Made by a program: the position numbers and the translations under genes | In this document: positions 25,591 to 38,174 of the stretch, piece after piece | Position numbering within the stretch: position 1 is the stretch's first letter | How the letters are laid out: each line of letters begins with the position of its first letter | Notes under the pieces: generated by a model | Databases searched by the model: none | Told to the model about the DNA's origin: nothing | The model's input: only the letters and a program-made list of their open reading frames with translations | Source: Utricularia gibba | Lineage: Eukaryota; Plantae; Magnoliophyta | DNA: 64,000 bases | Assembly: GCA_002189035.1 (NCBI GenBank) | Contig: NEEC01000017.1 | Coordinates: forward strand, 1,984,001 to 2,048,000 | Reading direction: 5' to 3'

Positions 25591-26596
25591 TTGATTCCTT
25601 CACCACTAAAGATCTTCCCAGAGTTTGCCGTCAATCTCAAAAAGATAAATTCAACAAACTCCTACAAGCAGCATCAAGGAAACAAGGTTACACGGTACCA
25701 CACACCATTCCTTGATCGCAAAGCAACAACATAACAAAGGAACGATCTGTAGCACGAAAACACAAACACCAGCTAAGCAACACTAGGAACTCGCAGCTAC
25801 AAATATGAAACAACAATGAATACTCAGGTCACCGAAAGCGGAAAAAATTCTTCCAAAACCTGAAAAGCAAAGATACTTCGATTCTCCTTTTATTCTCCCG
25901 CCTCAACACACACACGGTGGCAACGCGATTTAACAGCACCAGTCAAACCATCCTCCCCAAAGAGGTTGACTTTTTGCTGAAAAGTTCACATCAATACAAA
26001 GGGCCTGTAACCAGTGGGCCCAATATTACTGGAAAGATGGGCCAAACCAATAATATATTATTTTTAGCCCATGGTCTGCAGGGTACGGGTGGCCCGCTGG
26101 AGCCCCGTTTCCCATACCGGGACGGGCCGGGCTTACTCGTGGGCCCCTCTAACCAACAGTTCCCCTGGTTTAATAATATACTTTATACTGTATATTTTTT
26201 ATCATATTAATCATCATGATTCATTATTCATTTACATGATATTGTTTGTTTCATACACTAAATTCTCACGATTTTACATTCTTCAATTTCAAAGAAAAAG
26301 CCTCATATGTAATTAAAAGAACACCTCTAATTAAATACATATCTTGTCTTATATCCATAATCAATATGAGATTTCGTAATAATAACAAGAACTCTGTACT
26401 TATATTAATATTATTGTAATTTTCTAATTTTTTTGATAAAAATTAAATAATTTTCAAATTTTGAATTAAAATAATAATTTAAAATATATAATGATAATTT
26501 GGAAACGGGAGGCTCTCCGGCGATCCGGAGGTGTGTCGTCGTCTCTGTCCATTTCGCATTCTCTTCTATCGAGGAACTGTTTCCTTCTCCGTTTCG

Positions 26597-27096
26597 ATGG
26601 CGACGGCCAATGCGGATGACGATCAAATCCAGCAATTGAAAGACATTTTCAATCGCTTCGATATGGACCGCGACGGCAGCCTCACCCACCTCGAGCTCGC
26701 CGCCCTCCTCCGCTCTCTCGGCCTAAAACCTACCGGCGACCAAATCCATTCCCTGCTCGGAAACATTGACGCCAATGGAAACGGATCCATCGAGTTCGAT
26801 GAATTGGTCGTCGCCATTCTCCCCGACCTCAATAATCAGGTATTGATGGAATCATCCGTTAGTTTATATATTTGTAAAAGGGACTAACTGGGTGTTTTTC
26901 TTCTGCACTTCAGGTGTTGATTAATCAAGAACAGCTCTTGGAGGTTTTCCAGTCGTTCGACCTTGACAGAAACGGATACATTACCGCGGCGGAGCTCGCC
27001 GGACATCTCTACATCATGGACATCAGCTTTAATGAGTTCGCTAACATCATGGGCAAATCTGCTACTCAGTATCTGGGGCTCCCTGTTTCCTCCTGA
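26597..27096 (+). CDS. CML16: Calmodulin-like protein, CML15/16 type, 141 aa, exons 26597-26839 and 26914-27096; fourth EF-hand degenerate
   Basis: EF loops DMDRDGSLTHLE, DANGNGSIEFDE, DLDRNGYITAAE; C-terminus ISFNEFANIMGKSA..YLGL; 74-nt GT-AG intron. Confidence 0.88.
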
Positions 27097-27298
27097 TTTA
27101 ATCCATTCCGCTACAGTTACAGTACACAATTTCATCAAAATCTTGAGATACCCAGTTTCTTGACAGTAGCCTTCCCGCCGGTTTCTATTTCCGGTGGGTC
27201 GGGAAAACATCAATGGTTTACAAAACGAAGAACGCGTGTATTAACGTAATTCTCAAAAACAATCTTATTAAATACAATCTCCCTTCTACTTTTATCGA

Positions 27299-30200
27299 TC
27301 AAAGACGAGTTCTTGCCAATGCCCGTGCCGTAGAACCGACGGTGGACGGCCTTATCGACCGCTGCCTGACTAAATTGCAGTACTCGGGATCATCGGTACG
27401 GCCGTCGTGGATCATCCACTGAATCATCCCATGGTACATCGGAAATAACCTCATCCTCAGCGCCTTGTACAGGAAATAAGGCACCAGGGAGGTGATGACC
27501 ACAAGCACAGTGACAATGTAGAAGGAAGGATCAGGCGCCAGAGATTCCACAAGAACCATGTAACCTGTCGTCGAAATTCCCGGGGAGAGAGCTCCGTATA
27601 CCAAGAGAAAAAGATACCACAGAGCGATTCCCCCCCAGATGAAGATGTGTTGGATCATCGTGAAGTAGCTGATAGCAAGAGCCATTTGGAAGTTCACGAC
27701 GCAGACGGCGCAGGTATACATCATGGCTCCGAATATCTGGGAATCTGCAAGTTCGCCAGCTCTGTTGAATCCCTGAGGAGTAAGTGCGTTCATACAGAAG
27801 ATGAAGATGATAGCAGCACCGCATAAGCCGTTGAGCATCCAACCGAGGATCCGGGTCGAGCTGAATAGCACGTTTTGCACTCCTTCTTGGTACAGCAAAG
27901 GGAACTGTCAACATTGATCAAGCAAACCAGTGAGGATAACAATGCATCTTTGATGAAGGAGCGCCCAGGGAATCTTATACCTTGAGACACAAGCTAGCAG
28001 ACACATCTTGGTCGAAGACCCCCATGGCGATCACTGGTAGTGAAGTGAAGAAGACGTTGTAGAGGGACAAGAACCAGTCATTATAGGCTGGTTGTCCGGA
28101 AAAGGATGTGTAGGCTTCGTACATGAAGAGAGTAAAACCGAAGGTGATGTTCTTGTAGAAAAAGTAGCATATCTGCACTTAACCATGAACACAAGCTGAA
28201 AACTTGAAAAAGTGCTTCGTTAAGAGAGTGATGTAAGAATCACCATCGAGGAGATCCTTCTGTAGCACCAATGCCCATGTACTAGAAGCAAGCGCTCCAG
28301 GAATCGAAACTGAGCTATGGCAATGTCGCTGGACATGACCGCCTGTGCATTCCAAACGAGAAGAGGAAATGGGGTTTATTTATCATGAAAAGGGATTCAA
28401 ATGATGTGGCACCTGCATTCCCTCGACGCCACTGATCCCGATTCCGATATCTGCTTCTTGAAGCATTCCAACATCATTTGCTCCATCTCCGATAGCCAAT
28501 GTCGTCTTGTGAGTAGCTTCTTTTACTACTCTTGTAACCTGCATGGTTCAAAATAATGTCTCCTTCTTCCACCAAAAGAAACAGGCATTGGAAATGGAAA
28601 TCTGCCTCACCAGTGCCTTCTGTTTAGGAGATGTTCGACAACAAATTACTGATGCACAGGAAGTTGCAAGTTGAAGAAACACTTTCTTGGCTTCATCTTC
28701 AAAAGCATATATAAGAGACTTTCCATCAATGACCAAACCAAAAGCATCAGAGCTTGACTTTATAACCTGATTCCTTGCTTCGGTTATCTGCCGGATAACA
28801 CTTTGTTTCGAGGCCTACAGAAACCATAGATCAGTTATTAGCTCATCAGTGATGGTTCACAGAGAACTTACACACAAGCATTGACTCACGACCTCTCACA
28901 CGCTCAGAGACTTTACCATAGAAATTGCATCCTTCACTCTGGTTTTCTCAACAGCTATGATGTCTGGATTATCAAGAGTAATTATAATCTGTTTCATTCC
29001 TTGTCTGAGCAAGCTACAGGAATAGCTGCAAAGTGAAACAATATAATCGAGAATCATCATTGTATCCATTTGCATGTCCAGATAAAATGAAGAGAGATTT
29101 TACCAAGAATGTACCCAACATTGATGGCAGTTTCCATCTTATCACCAGTTAGAACCCATATTTTTATTCCTGCTTGTGTTAGCTTGTCAATACACTCAGG
29201 CACCTGCTCAAAACAGCAACACTGAAATATCAGGCAATTTTTTATGCAGATTTGACTATTTAAACAAAGTAAGAAAACCAGTTCAAAATGGGATATCTAG
29301 TATGGCGCAGACATCATCAACTCACTCCATGTTGGAGCCTGTCCTCAACTGCTGTGGCACCAAGAAGAATCAGATTCTTTTCAATGTCATCAATCGCTTC
29401 ATCAATGAAAGCATCACGGTCAGCACTCATAGAATTGTTTGCTTGTGATATTTTTTCATTAAAGATTTTATATTCCTCTTCATCGAGTTCTCGATAAGCC
29501 AGAATCAAGGTCCTGAAACCTGCATCAGCATACTCATTAACATGTTCCCTGGTTTGCTCCTCAAACTCACTTCCATTGTTAGCCAGCCTTTCAAACATGA
29601 CACTAAATCCGAAAATAAAACCGTTGTTAATATGAATCATCCACAGGAAAGATATGAGTTTTCAAAGCCTACCAACCTGTCAGCTCCTTTAGAGAGCAAC
29701 AACAACTTCTCCCCTTCATCCTTTACAATAACAGACATTCTCTTTCTTGAACTACTAAACTCTAGAACATTTAATAGTGTGTATGATCTGAAAAATGAAA
29801 AGTAATTGTCTTTTGCTTTGATCAAAGTCTCTAAATATAGGCAGAAACACTGTCCATATGTAGATTCATACTGACCTCTTCACATGTTCACCCAACGTGG
29901 GGTCTAACTCCTTGACAGAAACCGACGCTTGAGTTCTTTGAAAGAACTCAAACCCAATTTCTCTAGCGGCAATGACAAATGCTGCCTCATCCGGTGACTC
30001 TGCCTCATAAGTTACTTTCCCTGTATTTTCATCAGTCTCTGGAATAGCTGTGTGGCAGATTGCTAGCAGACGAAAGAATTTCTGAATTATTTCCCAGTGA
30101 GTTTCATTTATCCAGTTTCCATGCATAATTCTTGAATCATCAAAACTGAATCCTTTTAAAGAAGGCTTTGCAGAACTAGCAAAAGGCTCAGTGGCAACGG

Positions 30201-31862
30201 ATCCATAAGCAATACCAGCCACAGAGCATTTGATGAACTCCATTGAGTTACACGTCAAAGTGCCTGTCTTGTCAGAAAGAATAGTATAGACTTGGCCAAG
30301 TTCCTCATTCAAATTTGATGTTCGTGGGAGAGCTGATCTGTCGGTTTCTTCGTAGTACATATGAACATCTTGGTTAATGAAAATGCTCTGAAGGATCTTC
30401 ACAATTTCAATAGAAACGTACAAAGATATAGGTATCAGGAAGCTATAAAGCAGCAGAGCCGTCAGAAAATGGTATATTGCAGCAGCTGGAGCCCTTTGTG
30501 AATCATATAAAGCATTAGCACTATCAAGTTGGAGATACCACCTTCTGTGACCATCTGCTTTCGTAACTACACCAAAGTAAACTGATCCTACAAATGCCAT
30601 CAAGAAGAGAGTGCCAAATAAAAAGTAGACAATCTTATCCGTTTTCTTCTCAATCTTGCTTCTCTTTGATGGAGGTTTGGTAGAGTTTTGAATAACTTTT
30701 GTGTCATGGCCTGTAAAGATAACTGCTCCAAGAATGTAATCAGTGTTCCTGAGTTTAGAGTCCCTTAACAATAGCTGCCGCAGAGAAAGCGAATACCTTT
30801 GACTGTTTTCTTCCATGCATCCCACAAAGCTATACAAATTGGCATTAGGATCTTCACATTTAACAACAGCCCTGAAATCTTTGAAGTCCTCTTCTCTCAA
30901 TGATGATGTAACTTCCAGTGCTTGCTTGAGTTTGAGATTTGTTTCACCGTCGAGGTTCATGGTCTCGACATAGCAGACAGAATCTTCGTAGCTTGATGAA
31001 AGAAGAAGCAAATCAGCAGGAAAATATTCATCCTTTTCCACCTTTACTATATCCCCAACTTTAAGATTTTTCCACTCAGTTTGCTTGAAGCTACCAGAAC
31101 CTCGATGCACATTAACCTTCCGATTGTTCACCTCAATATCCTAAAATCCAAGCAGCAACTCAGCAACCAAAATAAATTACAAAGATCCAAGAAATAAATC
31201 CGCATGTAAACATTTTGTATAACTATCAAGATTCCTTTTGATTTTGTGGAAAGCTTTTGTTTGGATGAAAGAATGCAAAACAAGCACTATGTGATTCTAC
31301 AACAGAAAAAACATAATGATGCTCCACGTGCAAAGGAATCATTATGTAACCAAACAATGCAGGCTTCCAAAAAGTGAAGTAGGTGGAAGCAATGACATTA
31401 AATGGAAGAACAATACTCGCTCATGTATAGAAAACAGGAAAAGATTTCAGCGAGATTACTTGCCTGCTGATTTCGTTTCCAGTCTTCGAAACCATCTTTA
31501 ACCATTGTTGCTCCAATGACTAAAAAGAGGGGAACAATAGCAGTATCAGCAGAATAAGGAGCAACAGGAGTGAAAGACAGGATACCAGTTACAAGAAAGT
31601 AGAAATTTGCCACTCTTCTAAACTGCTCAAACAAAGATTTTGGAAAGAAACTAGCAACAGTGTACTTGGTCGTCCTAACATAGTTGGACACATAACCCCT
31701 AATGCTGCTTTGTTTCAAGCCCAAGCCCTCTGGTTCATTGCAATGCACAACCCTTGAAAAACCAGGTCCCCCAATCCGTGAATTCACCTCTTTTGATCTC
31801 TTTCGACATTTGAAAGAGTAGATTTTGCTAAATTTCAACTTTCCCTTGATATTTGAGCTCAT
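27299..31862 (-). CDS. ALA10: P4-type ATPase phospholipid flippase, ALA9-12 clade, multi-exon
   Basis: [61 protein letters not shown] motifs in order. The exact ALA9/10/11/12 ortholog is not resolved. Confidence 0.95.
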
Positions 31863-32795
31863 ACTAACTCCGAAATTCAACACAATACACCTCAAGTGCT
31901 GAGAAGCAGCACCAAGAAAAAGAGAAAGAGTAACATCAACAGGTTGAAGGGCACAAAGAAGACAACTTTTCTTTGATCTTTCAGTTCAATGCTCAAACAA
32001 ATACAATAATTTCAAATAACGATCGGCATAAAATGAGCACTATCAATAATAAGAAACCCGGGGAAGAAAAAAAAAAGGGAACTTTGGCATTAAACATTAT
32101 TTCCAATACAGATTCTCAAAATATCAATGCCGATTCCCCAGTCGTCCTGAAGCGGGCATTGCTCGTATTCCATCAGAAGTGTTTTTTCACCGAACAACAC
32201 TACATTTGCATGCATTGCACGTCTCGGTGTTTCGCCGGAAAAAGCTGCCCTTTTTATGGAGAAAGACCGTTTGGCAAAATTTATGGAGGAGAGACAGCAT
32301 CGGACGTACATTTGTTCTTGGTTAAATTTTTAAGTGTTCTCGAGAAAACAAAAAATACGTTAAAGCCACCGCGTGGATATCTTACCTTCACGAGCATGTG
32401 ATTCGGGATTTAGGTTCCCACCGGAGGAAGAACATCATCGTTTAACTTCCGCTGCACAGTGAGATTAGAAGCTTCTTTAGAAGCCCTAATCAAATTATTT
32501 AGTCATAAATCAGCATATCCCTAGCCCTAGTTATAACCCCAGCAATCAAATGCAGGCGCCAGAGCAAGGGTAAACAAGAAGAGTAGACTAACCATTGTTC
32601 AACAGGCGAGTTATGAAATTCAGACGCCCAGAAAGGATTATTCATTAGTGCTCTCTGCTGTCTGATTTTAAGGTGAAAAAAAGATCACCTTTCACTGGGT
32701 GCTTGTTTTGTTGAAACTTCTGACGCTTGCTTGGACTGCTAACAGGAGGGGTGTCCAGGGTAGTTTTCCAAGGCACCTTCTTGAACTATTGTACC

Positions 32796-35700
32796 ATGTC
32801 TTTTTCCGTTTGTTTGCCCTCAAAAATCCCGTTTTCGCTGCGCAACCGTCTCAGATTTGGCTTCTACAGCAACCCATCATCGTCCATTCTTCAAAATCCA
32901 ACTCGCCTTTCATTATCTGCATCACATGCAGAGAGAAACCCAGTTCTTGATTTGTCTTTGATCTCATGGGGAGATGTTACTTCGACTGAGTATAATGGAT
33001 GGGACATCGAGGACTCTGCTTTGGAGCCTGCGAATAGGAATGGTGAACTAATTTTACTTCAGTCCCTTCTTTCCTTGTATGGGGGAAGATGAAATGGCAT
33101 TTTGTTGAAGTGGGTATTTTTTATAGGTCTCAATGCAATTCCAGTTTTTGTGGCTGCCGCTTCAATTGCTGGCGTCTTTGGGTTGATTTTTTGGTTCCTT
33201 ATTCGTGGAAAAGGTTGAGTTTGTTTGTGTTTTTCACTGTTCTGTGATGTTGCATCTGGATGACCTTGAGACCTGAGGTTTTGATTTCTTGCAGTTTATG
33301 GTTTCAAAGCTGCGCTTAATGGCGCTCCGCGTGAATTTTCGGTATCTTCTGTCAACGGTGAGGAGGGAAACAAAAATGAAGAAGTTGGTGCTGATGAGCT
33401 ACGGGAAGATGCAAGAACGGTGGCAACTGGTGATTCGCATATCATTTGATGTTGATCTGTGAATGCTTAGAAACACTAGCAGTTAGTGAATATTAGTTTT
33501 TAGTTGTGAATAACCTCAGGGTAGTGTTTTCATTGTTTTGGTGGGGTGAAAACTGGAAAATGCACCGGTTCAAACGACATGTTTATGCCTTTTTTTGAAG
33601 TCTGAATTAGATGGATTTGAACTGCCATATTAAAAAAATACTTGTTGGTTATGGTCAGCTGTTGGCTGGTTAAATTCTTAAACTTCACAAACACTGCATA
33701 AGGTTTTTTTCTTGTTTCCGTGGGAAAATTAATGGTAGTTGACAGTCATCCATTCACTGTGTTTAGATACAGCTATCGAAGAATGGGGGGAACAAAAGCC
33801 ATCTGGAATATTTGTATCATTCACAGTGGATTCTGAACAACAGGAATCTCTCTTATTATTGAAGAAACTCAAGGTAAGCATATGCTACGTCAAGTGAATT
33901 CTGATGCTTGATTTGACTAGTGTGGTAGATTGGTTCCTAGTTGTTAGCCTCATGGATGAGAGCATGCTCTTTTTACTTAGTAGCACTGTTTGGTTTGTTT
34001 AATTGAACAGATTATTGAGGATGATGTTCGAGCTGTGGAGCTTTGCACAAGGAGAGAATATGCAAGGTGGTTAGTTCGAACAAATTCACTTCTAGAGAGG
34101 TAGTTTTCATTTTTCCCACTCCTATTTGTAGACTCTTCTCGTTTATTATAATCCTGGTTTCTGATGCCTCATCGGGCTAATAGAAGGAGGAAGCACCAGA
34201 TTAACATGTGTGCTGCACTTTCGTGCTCTTCAATCAATGCCTTTGATGATGTCGGATCCAATGATCCTGATTTTGTATTCATTCAGTGTAAGCCGCCCTT
34301 TATTAGTATATCAAAAGGAATGTGTATTTTGATTTATCTTTGTTCATTTATAGCTTTAGCTGAAGTGGGTGCCATCAGAAGCAAACTCTTCATCCCTTCA
34401 GATATGGATTCTCTTGGAGGTGAAGGCCAGATATGTTTTTTTCCTGATAGGTAGACACACTTGACATACACCATATTTGCTTCAATGTCAGATGCATTTC
34501 ATGTCTTTTTCTCATTTTTCTATACATCAGGTATTTATCTCGAAAAGATTTGGTTTCATGGAAGGGGAGGTTGGAGTATGAACCCACTCTCCTAAATCAT
34601 GTCGAGGTAGAAGTGATGCCGATGATCATTTCAAGATGTCCCAGAATAATGCCTTTTCAATTCTTCTTTCTATAACCTGAGTTTCCTTGCAGTTCAGATG
34701 TCAAGGATGACCACTGGTTTTCTCGATGTGAGGGAAACTTCTGCAGATGAGTCTATGGAGCTTCTTGTTGACTTGCTGGCTGATGACAACAGTATAATAA
34801 GAAGTGTTTTTGGTACTTTAACTGCTTTCTGAACGCTTCCTCGGTCTTTCTATAAACTTCATCATAAAACTCGTTTTTTGCATTGAACTTGGGGAAATAG
34901 CTCCAGTCATGGTCGGTTTAAAAAGCTCAACTATTTCAAAATGGTTGCTTTAGTTTTATCTGGTGTTCAACTAGTTTCTAAAGCTAGTTGGAGCACTTTG
35001 CGAAACAATGCCTCCTGATGAAAGATCTCCATGCTTTGGCATCTGCAAATGGATTGCTGCTAGTGACTTTATCAGTAAGTTGTATTGTTACAGGACACTG
35101 CAGAAGATTACAACCCAAAAAACCTTGCTCGAAGGGTCAGGCTGCAGTTGCACTGATGAGTGGACAAATGAGAGAATTCGTTCGTGCAGAAATCTCAAAA
35201 CTTGAAGCTGAAAGCCTGGCTCAGCAGGATGAGAAGGAAGAAATTCTGTCTGAACTTTTGGAGAAAGGTAGTATACAGAACTACTGGGTACAAAGGATCC
35301 GGGAAGAACAGACTAATGGCATGCAAGTCGAAGTAGAATATCGTTTAGCTTCTACTGCACTGGAACGAGAGAAGAGTTTAATGGAGAGCAGCTTGCTGGA
35401 AATGGTAAAGCAAAGGGCTTCTTTGCTTTGTCAGAAAGAGTTGGTATCCAGCATAAGAGAAGAAGTGATGCAAATGTCTGAGAAACTCTCTTTGGAGAGA
35501 GCCAAGTGCATCGATGAACAGCATGGTATACAAGATACACGATCTGAAATAGAGGAAAAACTTGAAAAACTACATGATGCTAAATCGGTACTCGAAGCTG
35601 AAGTAGAAGCAGTACGCATACTTCGGTAAGGGGAATGCTGTTCACTGACCTCTTCATTATTTTTGGCTTTCCATCATGGTCCTTGGAAGCAAGCTAATGC

Positions 35701-35805
35701 CATGTATGTCTTTACAGGTCATGGGTTGAGGAAGAGGCAAGGAAAAATCAAGCTCGTGCCAAAGTTTTGGAAGCAGCGATTCAGAGGTGGAAATGGGATG
35801 GTTAA
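32796..35805 (+). CDS. Plastid-targeted S-layer-homology (SLH)-like domain and coiled-coil protein, multi-exon
   Basis: Ser/Arg-rich transit-peptide-like start, TM segment, VDSEQQESLLLLKKLK|IIEDDVRAVELCTRREYARW, FDDVGSNDPDF, RRLQPKKPCSKGQAAVAL, coiled coil, and SWVEEEARKNQARAKVLE..RWKWDG*. Confidence 0.85.
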
Positions 35806-36072
35806 ATTTTCTTACCCAAGCTTAGATTTTGTGTTCTCTCTAGATGGGATTTGCAGGGAATTTCCAAAACAGAACCAGATTTTGCTGTTGAGTGCAATGT
35901 TGCCTCATGAATATCTTGAATGCTCACTACTCGCACAAGTCTAGATGCAGTCATCTCCATTCCTTGTTTAATCCCATTGAAAAATGGAACCATTCGCTTG
36001 TTTGTGATGGTTCAGAAGAAAGTATCTCCTTTATACATGTGTTGATCAGATTCGCTGAAGTTTGTGTCCCTC

Positions 36073-38174
36073 TTAACGCATGGTGATGATGAGACTTCTA
36101 TCTGCATATTTTGCACCACCGACTCTGCCCTGTATTTTATCAGGAAGGTGTATTACTCTTCTTTGATCGCCTGCTTCAACTAGAAGCTCTGATCCACCTC
36201 TGAACTGCAGTTGAAGTGTTACAAGCGACTTGAATTCATCTTGCTGCGAAGAAAACTGACGAACTTACTTGGTAAAGCTTGATTTCCGATTTGTCGAAAC
36301 CGGGTACGAACAGCTTCACAGTCTTGCTGGATAGATCAAATTCCACTGAAGAAGCTAGATTCTTGTCGGCAGTTCTGGACAGGAGATCTCTAGCATCTTT
36401 GCTGTGATCATGCAACATGATCTCAGTCCAACTATCACGCTGTGCCGGTGATGTGAGATGCGGAATCAGTGCAACCGGCAATGGTGAGAAGTTGGTCTGA
36501 GTTTCAGGCGAATATGGCGTAGTTAACAGGAATGCACCGGATACGTGTGCTCCAGATTGAACTGCGCAGCCCCAGTAGCGCAATGCAGAGCTCTGTGATA
36601 CAGGGTTGCTCGGATCCATCACCAGGTAGCATCCAAAGGTCTTCGGTTCAGCGAACACAGACGATCCTTTCTAAACAAAGAAGTTAGCCATGTACCAGAG
36701 AAACGCTCATTTGCAGAAGATGTGACAATAGCTTTGAATTGACTCACTTCCAGTATTTGATCTACGAAATCCCATGTTTCCGAACTCGTTCTGCTCGTGC
36801 TCGTTCCAGTTGGGACAAGGGCATCATCCACAAGCCTCAAGATTGATGGACCAGCCAGCCTGCCAAGATCAGTCCCTTCTGCCAGGCTCCGGAAGTGTTT
36901 CAAGTATAATCTTTCAAAGATCAGTAGCACAGAACATTAGCAAATGAAGGTGAAGAATGCCAAGAACATCAGCATACATACTTGGCCTTGTTGGTAGAAC
37001 CGATGATCCGGAGAGTTTCTTCGGAGCTTATACCATCATACACAATGATATCGTACTTGCCCTTTTGCTGTTTAGTCTGATGAAGTGAAGCCAGAAATCC
37101 CGTAAGGCGTTCGAGTTCCAAGATAGCAAATATAGAATCCATACCAGGTAAAACACCAAGCTCCTCACCCACTACCTGCAACATCATTGATCACGCTCAA
37201 AAAAGTCTTTCCTACGCAGCTCTTGATCATGAAGACAGTGATTCAGCTCACAAATCAATATACGATAGAAAGAAGAGAAGACATGTTTGCACAGCTACCC
37301 CTTCTAGGACACCTTGTGTAAGATTGAGGCGTGCATCTGCTTGTTTAAGACGCTTAAGAGGTTCAAGAATCATCTGCATTTGACAAAAACAGGGCACCAA
37401 TATCACAAAAGTAATTGATCTATTGAAATCTCATAGAAAAAACAAGTGGAGGAACCGGGAGAAGATCAAGGAAAGCACGCCTTTGTTGTCTCCAGTCTCA
37501 CAACTGAAAGATTATCGCTGAGTTTGATAGGAGATGGCCCGATCTTCGTATCGAGAAGATACTCAACCATACGGTCTTGAGAATGTATCACCAGACACGT
37601 GTTCAACCCTGTAAGTGCATAATGCTGAAGGAAAATGAATCAGGCATTCCGGTAGGAGAACTACAGAAACAAAGTAACGATAAAGCAACCGAATTCAGAT
37701 ACGAGTAAACGAAAGCTTGGAATTTGGATGATGAATCAGCTGATAACCAAACACCACCCACCACAAAATCCCAAATTCCTTCAAGGGCACAGAAAGGAAT
37801 CAGTATGCAACCAATTACTCCATTGTAACCATACCCTCCCTCTACCCATAAACCCTAAACAATGAGTAGTTATGAAGCATGTGATACTTGCGAAAACACA
37901 CAATAGCGTATTTGCTTATGCAAATAGATACCTGAGCAGCGAAAACGGAGGCTGTAGTTTTTCCGGAACCGCCTTTACCTAAAAATGTGACCAGCTTTGT
38001 CTTAATATTATCGCCAATTTCATTTCTTGAGACATTTGCAGCAGCAGCCGAAATCCAAGCTCCACGTTTCTTCAGTTTGATTCTTCTCTTAACTATTTTC
38101 GCAGAAAAAGATTTCGGGGATTCTGTAACAGGAAAAGAAGCAGGCGCGGCGAGTGCTAACGTCCGGAGCGACAT
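36073..38174 (-). CDS. GET3D: Plastid ArsA/GET3-like ATPase with C-terminal alpha-crystallin-like domain (Get3d / At1g26090-like)
   Basis: [19 protein letters not shown]|[46 protein letters not shown]|...[12 protein letters not shown], stop at 36073. An alternative upstream ATG lies at 38237. Confidence 0.88.
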
